From positions 5,024,001 to 5,088,000 of the forward strand of contig NC_087245.1 in NCBI RefSeq assembly GCF_037042905.1: a stretch of DNA of 64,000 nucleotides, in the 5' to 3' direction. Within the stretch, counting starts at the first letter, position 1; each line of letters starts with the position of its first letter. Shown one piece after another: positions 26,921 through 39,958 of the stretch. The DNA comes from Lytechinus pictus (lineage: Eukaryota). The translations under genes were made by a program, and so were the position numbers. The notes under the pieces were generated by a model. It was not told the origin of the DNA, ran no database searches, and saw only the letters and a program-made list of their open reading frames with translations.

Positions 26921-27019
26921 ATGGAGTTTTTGAAGTCGATAGGTCACCCAGACGAGGTCATGGCTCTCCTCAAATTTAAGCTGGGAGGAGGTCAGCACAT
27001 CATTCCAAAACAAAAACTG
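26921..27019 (+). CDS. FDFT1: FDFT1 coding exon 1 ([33 protein letters not shown])
   Basis: Acceptor ttgcag at 26892-26897, 23 nt of UTR, ATG at 26921, donor gtaag at 27020; resembles the vertebrate N-terminus MEFVKCLGHPEE. Confidence 0.93.
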
Positions 27020-30000
27020 GTAAGAAAATCTCCACCAACACATCCAGTGTAATTTTCCTTCAGCAGCTAGAAGCAGCACTCATACAGTTTTTATTGGTTT
27101 GAAATGAAATATTTATGTCATTCAAGATCATAAAACTTTTTTTTTGCCAGCTGTTGGAATAATGGGTATATAGTACAATTTGTTGATGACCAGTTGACTG
27201 CTGAATCGTGTTATTCTCAAGACTCTGTACCTGTAGCTATTACCTGGTTTTAGGAAGCACAATTAACTAAATCACTTGCATAGATTACAATTATTAGATT
27301 TCAATTTTTATTAGTAGGCCTACATATCCTGGAAGACTTAATGTAGAATCACGCCTGTATGAAGTTTTTCTTATGTGTTTTTTTTTTGGGGGGTGGAAGA
27401 AATTTTGACTGAGAAAACTATAAGAGCTTGTTCTTGCTGACCTGTGTCTTTATTGAGGTTCAACATCAAATACAAATAAATGATTTTAGAGAGAGGAACA
27501 TGCTACAAAATAAAGTAAAGGAGTCTTAGATTATTGTTATCGACATCATATAATTAATGATATATTGAATAATATTTAGAATGAAAACACATGAAAGTTG
27601 ATGAACTTTTAATGATATGCTGTCAATGTGCACTCTATTCCAGAAGATATTTTCATGCAGGTCCTTTTTTATTCCTTTCAAAATTATTCCATGTTTGCAT
27701 GCCACCTTCACTGTATACAGTAGTTCCTTCCTAAATTCATTTCAACAGAGAAATATGATTTACTTCTCTAGTTCCTGTCACCCTAAGTCAAGGAGAAGAT
27801 TATAAACTCCTTCTCTGATAAAGAATTGTTAATATTTGTTTACTTTGTCATTGTTCCAAGATAAAGATCATCACTTTGCATGCAAGGAATGCCTACAGGT
27901 ATACACTTAAAGTGAAGCATGTATTTGCTTCAAGTCAATGAAGGATTAACTTTGTTTGAGTCCAATGAATCAAAGTAACCTTTCATGAATCTTCATGCTT
28001 TGATAATAATAATTATTTGTTTTGGCACTGTGCAAGATAAAAAGATGCAACCAAAACTGAGATGGACCCACAAAGTAAATTTTTTTATATCATAGCGCTG
28101 TAGGAGGTTTGAGGTCATATGTTATCTGAGGTCATTCATTACTATTGCTATCAATTTCAGTTAGTTTTCTAATAAACTTATTCTATTAAACACATTTCCT
28201 GTCCATTTTAAATAATCTACATTTACTGAATTTACTTTCAATCTTGTCATTACCAGAAATTCAAGAAAATTTAAACTTGCGTAATAAATTGCCAATTTCC
28301 TCTTCTCTCTTTTGTGTAATTTCTTTATTATAGGCAAACTTTTACAATTTTTGTTGCTTGTTCAGTACTTTTCGGCTAATGGATGAATGCCTTTTTGTGG
28401 GCGCGGTGCTAAAGGTAGAATTCGTGCTCAAATTATTTGAAAGGAAATTAAAAATATTCCTTCATATGAGCAAATGAATTGAACACAAAATTTCAAAGGA
28501 GCTTACTTTGACCTCAGTCATTCGAAGAATTCATACAAAAGATTTTGAATATATACTGGTACTTGTGTCCTTGTTTGATAGGATGAGATGTCAACAACTG
28601 CTAAGAAATGTTACATGTATCTAAATCAGACAAGTAGGAGCTTTGCTGCAGTCATTCAGGCATTGGAAGGAGATCTCAGGTGAGAGCAACATTCTTGTGA
28701 GAGGGGGGTGGGGTGAAGGGTGACAACCCAGAAGAAAATACATTATGAAAAAGTGAAACAAAAGAAAAAGAAAATAATCATGAAGTCTGGTCTGATCGTT
28801 CTACAGTGTATGTTGCAAAATAATAAAATATACACAGTGTTTCCCACCAAAAAGGAAAGCCATTTTCAGAGACATATTTGTTAATTATAATATATGATTT
28901 TGATTTGAATTTGATACTTATCGTAAAAGTGGAATCTTATCTTTTATTGGAGACCAACAGCTTAGCAAACCATTCATGCATGGCAGATTAAAAACAATGA
29001 ATATTGAGGCCTATAAGAAACAATTTGCGCAAAAAAACAAGTGTTACCGGTAATCTGAATCTACTCTCATTTCAGGGAGTAGATGTTGAATTGAAGTACT
29101 TGTAAGTGAATAGAAAAATCAATTTAAAAAAAATTGAAATACCGTAATAAAATTTACAGCTTTTTAATGTTTCTTTCCTTTCCAAAAAAAATATTGATTG
29201 CAGCTTCTTCCAAACGAGTGGGGTGGTGATGTCACAGTCTGACTTCTCATTCTGTATTTTATTCTGTAAATTGTTTTATCCCTTTTATTTTAGACATGCA
29301 GTATGTATATTCTACCTAGTTCTGAGGGCATTGGATACTGTTGAAGATGACATGACCATTCCCTTGAAAGATAAAGTTCAAATGCTACAGAATTTCTACA
29401 AAAATCTTGAGGATCCTGATTGGAAGTATATGGAAAGCAAAGATAAGGATAGAATCGTGCTTGAAGATTTTCCAGCAGTAAGCAAACTTTCTTTCATTAT
29501 TAAAAAAAAAAATGGAAATCTACTTGGCTTTATAAATTCTCTTTCATGCAGTGAAAGGAATAATGTGCACCATTTCATACATGCTGTTAATACTTGCTAA
29601 GTGTCAGTTCTCTTAGTTAAATGAAACCCTTGGTTATGATTGGTGGTGAGGCACTGATTTTTTACTCTTACTTTGCTTACACTCAGAATCACAGCGTATC
29701 AGTGGTAATAAGCTTCATGAAACAATGCCAAGAATTATGTATGTCTCTCACTGTAACTTTACTGAAAGTGTTGATTGATTAATATTTAAGTGTGAAATTA
29801 AAAATTAAGAATTGAAGCATATTGTATCATCTGCTGTCACTTTTTACCTTGTGAAGTTGCGACACTCCAAAATTTATGTTGTGGCAATCTTTATTCCATT
29901 TCAAATGTGGAAAGAATAGATTTGAAATTGTGACGCATTGCCTAGAAACATTGTATTGAACATTATATTAATAATAATATTGCATATTGCTGTTATTGTT

Positions 30001-33000
30001 ATTATAATTATAATGTGTTTGTTAAAATAATCCATGCAACATTTTCTCATTGGTAGATTTCAATGGAATACAGGGATTTGGATGAGCATTACAGGGAAGT
30101 GATCTCGGATATCTGCCATAAAATGGGAGATGGAATGAGTAAGGTCTTACAAACAGAAGTCATCACATTACAGGATTGGAATATGGTAAGCATTTACATT
30201 TCCTGTAAACATAAACACATAAGTATATTTCTTGTAGAAAAAGGTGAAAGTTTAGTTTTTGTAGTAGTAACTTTAAAGGAAAACTCCCCGTCCATTTGTA
30301 GGAAAAGTCCACTGCAAAGGATTGCTCTTTAGTAGCTCTAACATTTAAAAAATAAAGAAAAAGCCCCCAGCTAAAATGTTCCAGTAGAACATTTGTTTGT
30401 AGTCCCATACAAACATTTCTATGTACATATACAGTGCATGTGAATCACAGCAAAGAGATTTGATTTACAACCATTTTAGTGATCCTGAATTCTTACATAC
30501 GCTCATTCTTGTAGGTGTTATATAATTAACATTATAATCAATATTTCAAATCACTTTGAAAGAGTTTCTGTCACGATTCAGTCATCATCATTGTCATCGT
30601 CATCATCATCATTATCATCTTTGGTCGCCATCGTCATCATCATCATTTTTGTTGTCATCAACATTATCATCATCTTCATCGTCATCATCATCATCAGTCC
30701 ATTTATCTTACTTTGTGGGAATGGATGTGAATATGACACAAAATTAGTATGAGATTTGAAATGTAACAAAACCAAAATGTTTGATTTTTTTTACCAATAT
30801 TCTTAGTCTATCTGATTTACAAATATTCTTACTCTTTCTCGAAATTTCCCCCATTTACAATGCAATTATCATTGTATTTTGAATTTTGGAATCATTTCAC
30901 ATCACTACTATAACCTGAAACATCCAGGTTTAGCTATAACGGCAATCAAATGATATACCTCACCTCCTCACTAGACCCCTTCCACTGTCAAGATGTAATA
31001 GGGACCCTGTTTATTTGAAATGATTTACTTTCTTTTTCACCCCTCAGAAAAAAAAAAAAAAAACATATGTTTCAAACCTTCTCTATTTTCTTTTGTAGTA
31101 TTGTCATTATGTAGCTGGACTGGTGGGAATAGGACTCTCAAGACTCTTCAGTGCATCTAAGCTGGAAGACCCTATCGTTGGCAAAGATACACATCTATCA
31201 AACTCCATGGGACTGTTCTTACAGAAAACTAATATCATTCGTGACTACCTCGAGGATAACATTGATAAGAGGGAATTCTGGCCAAGAGATGTAAGTTCCT
31301 GGATTGCCTGTGTTCTGGATTGTATTTTTTTTTCGCAATTTGACAAGAGAAAATATGATTCAAGTGGCAGTGCTTTGTAGTAAATTATGTAATTGAGTTT
31401 TTCCATTTATTTGTTCACAAATTCCTGAAAATTGTTTATTTTTTTAGCCAAAATGCTATTCCAAGATGTGCTGTGACCCAAACTCTGTTTTTTCATAAAC
31501 TTGATACTAAAAGATGTGCAGGATGGAGAAAATATTAATTACAAATTTTATGTAGTTTCTAGTTGGTTTAGATTTAAATGAAATTGATTTATCTTTGATT
31601 CAGATTCAGTTTCAGATTCATCTATTCTTATCCACATATTGAATATAAAATAAGGAAATTTTATTTTCACATACATGTACATTGAATGTGTCAAATTTAA
31701 AAGCTGCCATGATGAAAGGAAATTTATTTTTAAGGTTGATTTATTGAAGAATTCATCAGAAGTTAAGATCTATCTCCCCTGACCTAGGTACTAAGCATGG
31801 TAAATTGAATATCTTTGATATTGATTTTAATTTCAGTTATTAATCAAGAAGCCTCTGCAGCCCAAATTACAGTGATAATTAAAAAGATGTACACATTCTA
31901 GCCTGTATGGTGAAATCAGTTTGAAATGAAGTCACTTATTTATACAGGGTATATCTTCCATTATACCCTCTCTGTGTCAAGTTCGTTGCTAATATAGTAG
32001 TGCATGTCTCACTTTCTCCTTTTTCTGCCCCTGAACTAGGTATGGAGCAAATATGGGAAAAAACTGAGTGACTTCCAAGACAAGGAAAATATAGAATCAG
32101 CAGTGCATTGCCTGAATGAACTTATCACAAACGCCCTTGAACATGTTCCTGATGTCATCAAATACATGTCACGCATCAAAAACCAATCTATCTTCAACTT
32201 TTGTGCAATTCCTCAGGTAAGATGGACAGTGATTCATTTGCCCATTTCATGCAAGCATTATTTCATTTGTGGAAATCTCATATCAATTTCTTGTCTATTG
32301 AACCTGCCTGGGATGAATACCCTTTTAGCCATTCAAAGTTCACCATGGTAAACAATCAAATCGTTTGAATATTCCCAGATCATCGGAAATCACAAAAAAT
32401 ATGACCAATTGTCATGACCTTTGGTGGTCACACATTATGAGCGGGCTGACTCCGAAGAGTGTCCCAGTACAGCAGCTAAGGGTTTGACATGCACATTAAA
32501 ACTACTGAATGATGCACGTCTGCATGGTTGCCGGCATGTCTGTCATTTTAGTTTCTTGAAAGAGTTACAATGTTAAGAATTAATTAAAATTTAGCATTAA
32601 TTCAATTTGTTATCTTGCACTTTGTTGTAAAATATCAAATTTTTATAGCCAAGTAATGTTGATGATTAAATGTTTGAAATCAGTAATCAAACATCTTGTG
32701 AACATTTGATTAGTGTGAAAAGTAGTATTCTGTTGCCAATTGTTCATAAACTGATCAATCGCATCGATTGTTCTTTATCAGCTAAGAATACAACAAAGAT
32801 ATTTCTACATGGTCTACGGTAGTAATTTGGAAAGGGCCATTGTCATCGTTAACATCTGAAGATTCATGTTCATTTTATATTGGTTTTATTTTACAGGTGA
32901 TGGCCATAGCTACACTTGCTAAGTGTTATAACAACCGTAAAGTATTCTCTGGAGTGGTCAAGATTCGCAAGGGTCAAGCAGTCAGCCTCATGATGGAGGC

Positions 33001-34333
33001 TACATGCTTTCAGAGTTTGAGAAGGATTCTATATAAATATGCTCAGGAGGTGAGTGAATTCTGTCAATGTTTTTATTTTCATCATACCCAGTTATTTTCC
33101 TTATTTATCAACCCTTATTTCATATGCATCAGCATCATAATTATTATCATTGGTTATTGTCACCAGTGTTGGAACATTTTGAGAGATTGCAATGTCAAAG
33201 TACAGCAATGCTTGTGAAGGCAGACAGAGAACTGTGGATCAGCATCAGATTTTCAGACAAAGAGAGTAGGATATATTTAAATGGATGAGTTGGGATGTAG
33301 GCATATATTTTTTTTTTAGGAATGAACAAGAGCTTGCACTGTAATAAAGTTATGCCTAGCATGTTACTGTTTTTGTTACCATCATCACTGTTATCAACAA
33401 CATGATCATTGTCATCCTCATCATCATTACCTTTGTGGGATTAATTTCTTTGATTAATGTCATGACATGTCTGACTCGAGATATTAGCACCAAAGCTAGT
33501 GTCTTACCACCACCACCATCCCCTTCTCTCTTCTTCCTTGCTCCTCCATTCCCCTCTTCTGCACCGCTTCTATTCTTCACCCTCTTCCTCCTGTTCCTCT
33601 TGTGTCACCTCTGCCTCTTTCTCCTCATCTACCTTCAAAACTCACAAAAAATGCTTATTTATTTGTTGACCGATTTTGAATTGTTTTGTTCCATCTGAGA
33701 GCTACATGAGGTTCACCAAGGTTCTACACAGAATTAAGAAATTTTGACTAGAAAATTATTTATGCTTATTCATACCAAATTTATTCATAAATCACAAAAA
33801 TGATGCTTTTCTGTCATTTCTTCATCAATTTCAATTCTGTTTCCTCAATTTATGTCACCAATATAATTCACTAGTGTCAACTGGGCTGAAATTAAGAATT
33901 GTGTTAAATTTATTTGCGAGATGCCGGATGAGCTCCACATCATTGATGTGCTAGTTTCTTGTGATACCTGCTTTGGCCTTACTTCACATGAATTTAAATA
34001 GACCAGATGGTCTAAAGATAAAAGTTATTAGTACAATAATGGTTTTATTGATAAATATCACTAATTAGATACTCCCAGTAAGTGTTAAGATAACTATTAA
34101 ATAGTTCTTCCACCACTTTTCTCTGCATGCAGGTTGGTAAAGCCATTCCACCTGGTGATCCATCAGCTTTGAAGACACAGAAGATTGTCAGCACTATTAC
34201 CTCACTTGGAGAAGATACCATCACAGGGTATAATCTCTTCCCACCTCTCTATGTCTCAGTGGCTATCATGCTTGCCCTTATCATATATAACTACTGGAGT
34301 ACATTAATTCTACGTGCCGATGAGTTAATCTGA
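26921..34333 (+). CDS. FDFT1: Squalene synthase (farnesyl-diphosphate farnesyltransferase 1), 8 coding exons, 410 aa
   Basis: Exons 26921-27019, 28582-28679, 29294-29477, 30057-30185, 31099-31290, 32040-32216, 32897-33049, 34133-34333. All introns are GT-AG, phases are compatible and the total is 1233 nt. Hallmark motifs: [71 protein letters not shown], plus a C-terminal TM helix. Confidence 0.97.
28582..28679 (+). CDS. FDFT1: FDFT1 coding exon 2 ([32 protein letters not shown])
   Basis: AG/GT bounded; contains the SRSF flap motif; absent from the ORF track. Confidence 0.96.
29294..29477 (+). CDS. FDFT1: FDFT1 coding exon 3 (first Asp-rich motif DTVEDD)
   Basis: tttag|A CAT GCA ... CCA GCA|gtaag. 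Confidence 0.97.
30057..30185 (+). CDS. FDFT1: FDFT1 coding exon 4
   Basis: tag|ISMEYRDL...DWNM|gtaag. Confidence 0.95.
30582..30696. repeat. (TCA)n microsatellite in an FDFT1 intron
   Basis: Direct observation. Confidence 0.85.
31099..31290 (+). CDS. FDFT1: FDFT1 coding exon 5 (YCHYVAG...DYLED...FWPRD)
   Basis: Catalytic Tyr region and second Asp-rich motif; AG/GT bounded. Confidence 0.97.
32040..32216 (+). CDS. FDFT1: FDFT1 coding exon 6
   Basis: ctag|VWSKYG...FNFCAIPQ|gtaag. Confidence 0.96.
32897..33049 (+). CDS. FDFT1: FDFT1 coding exon 7
   Basis: acag|VMAIATL...VKIRKG...YAQE|gtgag. Confidence 0.96.
34133..34333 (+). CDS. FDFT1: FDFT1 terminal coding exon with membrane anchor
   Basis: gcag|[11 protein letters not shown]...[17 protein letters not shown]...ELI*. 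Confidence 0.92.
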   Translation, partial: VGKAIPPGDPSALKTQKIVSTITSLGEDTITGYNLFPPLYVSVAIMLALIIYNYWSTLILRADELI

Positions 34334-35276
34334 GTAATGGACTCACATTCAACTATGGAGAGTTTGAGACCAACATTGCATTGGCAATAGCCATGGATGG
34401 AACAATTTGAAATCAGAAGACTTCAATTCAGAACAAGAGAATTGTTTTTTGAGTCATGAATCCATCAACCTCACTAGGAGTTTGTCTTACAAACTTTATG
34501 TGTCTGTTTCAGATGAGGTGCAACAGCAGTATTAAATGATTACCTGACAATATTAATAGGCTTATTGGTGAATGAACAATATGGGTTACAATTGCAGTCC
34601 TATCATAAAAGAGAGAGAGAGTAAAAAAAAAAAGAATTAGAACATGATGATTTATCAAAGTTATCCCATTCTAACCTGAAAACATCAGCATGTTTATATC
34701 TAAAGTCATCCACATCACATTGTGTTAGATCAAGGTGAACTTCACACACGTGGGGACCTGGTAGGAATCTTTCCCTTTGAATGAGAGTAATTTCCCAGTT
34801 TGACAAAGATATTACCTGCTGAAGCCACATTAATCATGCTGCATTAATTTAGGCACTTCTGATATAAGTTACAAGTGCTGTATGAGGAAGTATTTCATAA
34901 AGATGCATAGCTACTCATTGGGATACACATTATTTATATTGAGTTTTCTATACAGTATGTGTCAAATGCACTTGTTTAGTTTTGGCAAACACCATTGGAC
35001 TGGACATACTTTACATGTAGGTGCCTATTATATGAAATGAGGTCTCTGGAGATCACGATATGAAAATGTAATCAATGAGGCCATTTGATACTCTTGCGTC
35101 TGTTCATTATTGTACACTTATCTTGAACCGAGTCTGAGGTGCAGATTACCCGTAAGAATGGAAAAAAAAAGACTTGTGCAATCTATTAATGCTACATTGC
35201 TTGGAGTATGATTAATGAAGGGCAATTGAAGACTTAATAATATGTATGACTATGATATCCTTCAAGATATTTCTTT

Positions 35277-36075
35277 GGGCGTGTTTATGCTTCCACTTTT
35301 CAGGCCAGAATCAGCGTTTTCATACGTGATTAGTCCAAAACACGGTTGCGTCCATGCTTACTTTCATTTAAACGACGTTTCAGAATGCCGATCGTAAACT
35401 TACTAAAAGGTGTGTTTCTTAACATCGTTAGACCAGAATCAGGGTTTCTTGGGAAGTATAAACAGAACCACAATCGTAAACGTGTTTAAATGACGTCATG
35501 TGGTACAAGCTTCCGGTGAGATGAAAATCCGCATGCGAATACATTCGCCGAATACATTCGCATGGTTCTAACAGGGACTTACCTCCACGGAATTACCTCT
35601 CATTTCCCTGGTATTTGCATGTGTGATTTAAGTATCACTGTTACTACTCCTCTAATTTGTCATCACGATGGATGTTGAGGGATTTAAAAAAACCCGGAAT
35701 ACAAGTTTTGATGAGGAGACATCTCTGAGCCAGAAGCCCGAGTTGCATAAACAAATATTATTTTCTTATGTATAACCTTACTTTAATATTCTTTATTTTG
35801 TCTTACTATTATCCTCACCATGGTGGAAATTCTATGGCAATGTCAAGTAGCTTCATGCAATTACTAAAAGATCAGAAATTGTTCAAAGTTTAAATAATAG
35901 TCGACCATCACAACACTCGGAAAAAACTTTTGAAACAGGGCACGCCCAGATCGTGATTTCGCATCTGAAAAATCAAGCATAAACAGCACTCCCAGAAGCA
36001 TGTTTGCGATCGGCGTTCTGAAATGACGTTTGAAAACAAGGGTTCTCTCTACGCAATAGAAGCATAAACACACCC
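35277..36075. mobile_element. PIF/Harbinger-like MITE downstream of the FDFT1 stop
   Basis: TIR GGGCGTGTTTATGCTTC/GAAGCATAAACACACCC; TTT on both flanks (3-bp TSD). Confidence 0.7.
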
Positions 36076-37134
36076 TTTGTTGGTCAAGTCAGCCAGTATC
36101 ACAAAGGCATTAACAAATCTGTACATTGTCATTGTCATACTTTATCAGTGATTCTTTATGCAGTTATGGTCCTATATCATTCAGTTTTATATTTTCTAGA
36201 TAGACAGGATTTGTTTTATGCCAGACACTTTTTGTTGGATTTTTATGTGCCTGTATAGCTATCAGCCCATAATATATAAAATATTTATATGGTCAGATCA
36301 TGGGATATGTAAATATGTAAATGTACCTTAGATAGAAAATCATTGAATATAAAAAGAGAGAGGACACAAAGAAAAAAAGTATAAGGAGGGGGAAGATTTA
36401 TTCATTATTGTTTTTTTTTTGGGGGGGGGTGAAAAGAGCACAAAGAAGAGGCTTATAAAAATTGATCACAATTGACTTGTACAAGTTTTAGATGACCTAT
36501 ATATTATTTTTCATTTTGAATTCAGCATTCCGATATGAAATGAAAAGGAAATGAGTTTTGTTCTACAGTAACAAAAACGCTATGAATCTGATTTATTTTG
36601 CAGAAATGTGAAGCGCACTTGATATTGATAAGGAATATAAAAATTGTATTTTCTGCTTTAATGTATGCACAAATTTTCATGACGGCATGTCAATGTATGA
36701 GGTTATGTATTTTAGAGAATATTTAAAAGGATTTTATGTTCTCATATCATTTACTGTATGTTCTTTACACTCTGTGAAGAAACTGAAAATTTGTGAAGGT
36801 GGCAATTTTATGGTGGTCCATCATTGTAATACAGTTACCAAGTGTATAATGAAGCATGTACACTAACTTTATCGATGCCATAAACAAATATTTTCTGTAT
36901 TCATCAAGATTGATATATCTTACATGCTAAATATATTGTTTAGTTAGTTCTCAATTATCAATCATACATTGGTTTTAGGATTAAGCACCAAATTTTGGAT
37001 TGGCACTTTTGGGGATACCAAAGCAAGGGTAGATACAGGTAAGTGTAACCTCTTAGATAAGCTGACTAAATGGTAGCTGAAACATATATTTTCATGTAGT
37101 TTTAAAGAGGGATTATGCTTCATGCTGCAGTGAA

Positions 37135-37717
37135 AGGGATGGTTCGGGCTGAAAATATTTATATCTAAATAAATAGAGTAAAATTCACAGAGCAAAATGC
37201 TGACAATTTCATCAAAGTCGGATAACAACTAACAAAATTATTGAATTTTAAAGTTTATCAATATTTTTTTTAAAGCAGTTATATGCACATCGTCATGAAT
37301 ATTCATTAGGTGGGATGATGATGGCGCATCTCCTCTTTCCTTTTTTCTTATGTTATGAAATCAAATCAGAAATGTTTCATTTTTTCATACATGTGTAAAT
37401 GATGTGTCTCCATTATGAGGAAATAAGTTGCGGCAATAAAAAACTAATGCACTTAATCAGTTGTCAATCCAATTGTTTAGTTCTTGGTAGAAAAATTTAG
37501 AATAAACCTAATTTCCTATAATAAAATACAAAAGAACAAGTGGGGATATGACATCATCAGCCCATCTAATGAATATTCATAAAGACATGCCTTGAACTGT
37601 TAAAATTCAATAACTTTGTTATTTGTTATCCAATTTTGATCAAATTTTCAGCATTTTGCTCTGTGAATTTTACTCTCGTTTATTGAGAAATAAATATTTC
37701 CAGCCTGGACCATCCCT
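37135..37717. mobile_element. TTAA-family MITE (AGGGATGGT...ACCATCCCT)
   Basis: Long imperfect TIRs; similar to 45502-46077 and 38514-40024. Confidence 0.8.
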
Positions 37718-38320
37718 TTAAGTTTTGTAAGCAGCTGAGTAGAAAGTTGAATTTATATGGGTGGAATAGCAATGAGTCAACAATGGCAATGTGACTGATG
37801 TATTTGACATCGGTATGAACATTGTTTTGGAAAGGAAACTGTTCACCATCTTTTCAAACATGAAATATATATTCATGCTCATTCTTGATGTAGTAGTGTT
37901 TGAATGACTCAACCAATGCAAGACTGAACTTATGTATTCATTTGTTTTTATGTAGCAGTTGCACAAATTATGAAGAAGCATTGTTATTGCAATGTTAATA
38001 TGGCAGACCACACTACTTTTATGTATATTTGTTTTGCTGGAAAAAAATATTTCCAATTAAACATACATGTATGCACATTTACAATATAAGAATGCATGTT
38101 TGATTGACTGTACATTTCTGTATATTACTCTTGTGAAAAAAACGGACAAATAATGGTACAGACCCTATGCATTGACATCATCGTGCAGCCATCTTTTTTT
38201 CGAGGCTGTAGCCATTGCCTTGCATGCTTTGGGCATCTGCAGCCGGCGCATTTCTGACAACTCAGTTTGTGCTAGTTCCTATATCCTCTGAGAAAGGGCA
38301 GTATGAGATTATGTCATATG

Positions 38321-38481
38321 CAGGGGCCGCGGAACGGTTTTCAAAGTGGGGGGGGGGGGGCTGAGCCAAAAGTGAGGGGGCTGACCATGCAAAAAATCAC
38401 AATCATATGGTAATTTATACGTTTTTGTACACGGTTTTGGAAAAAAGTGGGGGGGGGGGGCCCCTGCTTCCGCAGCCCCTG
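38321..38481. mobile_element. MITE, CAGGGG family, 5-bp TSD ATATG
   Basis: Inverted copy of 626-777. Confidence 0.85.
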
Positions 38482-38991
38482 ATATGCATAAGATCTATTT
38501 TGAAGACTTTGAAAGGGGTACTCCAGGCTGAAAATAATATCTTAATGAAAAGATTAAAATTTAAAGAGCAAGACACTGAAAATTTTTATCAAAATCTAAT
38601 AGAAATAGTGAAGTTATTGAATATTAAAGATAAGCAATACTTTATGAAAAGAGTTATATGCATGCCATCATATATGCAATATATAAGCTAATGATGTCAT
38701 GTCTCCACTTTCTTTTTCTTAATCAATTATGGGTACATGAAATTATGATTATTTCATACCATCATACATGAGTGTAATACATGTCTCCCTTGTATCAAAC
38801 TAAGTTTCAGTAATGATTGCACATTAAATCGGTAGTCGGCCCTATTTTTACATTATTGGAGAACAGAAATCGAATAAACATAATTTCATATGACAAGATA
38901 CAAAAGAATAAGTTGGAAGATGACATCATCAGCTTGCTCATTGCATATTCACAAGGACATGTCACGATTTCTTTTTTCTCATCTAATTTTT

Positions 38992-39958
38992 GTCTCGCCT
39001 GCATAGCAGAGCGAGACTATAGGCGCCGCTTTTCCGACGGCGTCAACATCTTAACCTAAGGTTAAGTTTTTGAAATGACATCATAACTTAGAAAAGTATA
39101 TGAACCTAGTTCATGAAACTTGGACATAAGGTTAATCAAGTATTACTGAACACCCTGCCTGAGTTTCAGGTCACATGACCAAGGTCAAAGGTCATTTAGG
39201 GTCAATGAACTTTGGTCAAGTTTGGGGTATTTGTTGAATTACTATCATAACTTTGAAAATTTATGGATCTAGTTCATGAAACTTGGACATAAGGTTAATC
39301 AAGTATTAGTGAACATCCTGCCTGAGTTTCAGGTCACATGACCAAGGTCAAAGGTCATTTAGGGTCAATGAACTTTGGCCAAGTTGGGGGTATTTGTTTA
39401 ATTACCTTCATAACTTTGAAAATTTATGGATCTAGTTCATGAAAGTTGGACATTAGGTTAATCAAGTACCACTGAATATCCTGTGCAAGTTTCAGGTCAC
39501 ATGACCATGGTCAATGGTCATTTAAGGTCAATGAACTTTGGCCGTGTTGGGGGTATTTGTTAAATTACCATCCTAACTCTGAAAGTTTATGGATCTATTC
39601 CATAAAACTTGGGATATAAGAGTAATCAAGTATCACTGAACATCCCCTGTGAGTTTCAGGTCACAAGACCAAGGTCAAAAAGTCAGTTAAGGTCAATAAA
39701 CTTAGGCCATGTTGGGGTAATTGTTGAATTGCCATCATAACTTTGAAAGTTTATGGATAGAGTGAATGAAATGTGGACATGGGTGTAGTTGACAAGTCTT
39801 AAGTCACCGTTCAAATGACATCTATGGTCAATGAACGTGGTATTATGTCATATGAATGGTGTTTTTGTGAATGATTATTTTATAGTAGTTTTCAAAGTTA
39901 GCACTGCTACTATATTAAATCGCGTAATGCAGGCGAGACTGCCAGAGGCGTTCCACTT
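38992..39958 (+). mobile_element. Helentron-associated (HINE/DINE-1/Tsp-like) element with ~163-bp internal tandem repeats
   Basis: subTIR GTCTCGCCTGCAT (38992) / ATGCAGGCGAGAC (39927); 5' internal IR GCGAGAC; 3' hairpin GCCAGAGGC; T-rich insertion site; units start at 39081, 39245, 39408, 39571 and 39735; nested in a TTAA-family MITE (38514-40024). Confidence 0.75.
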
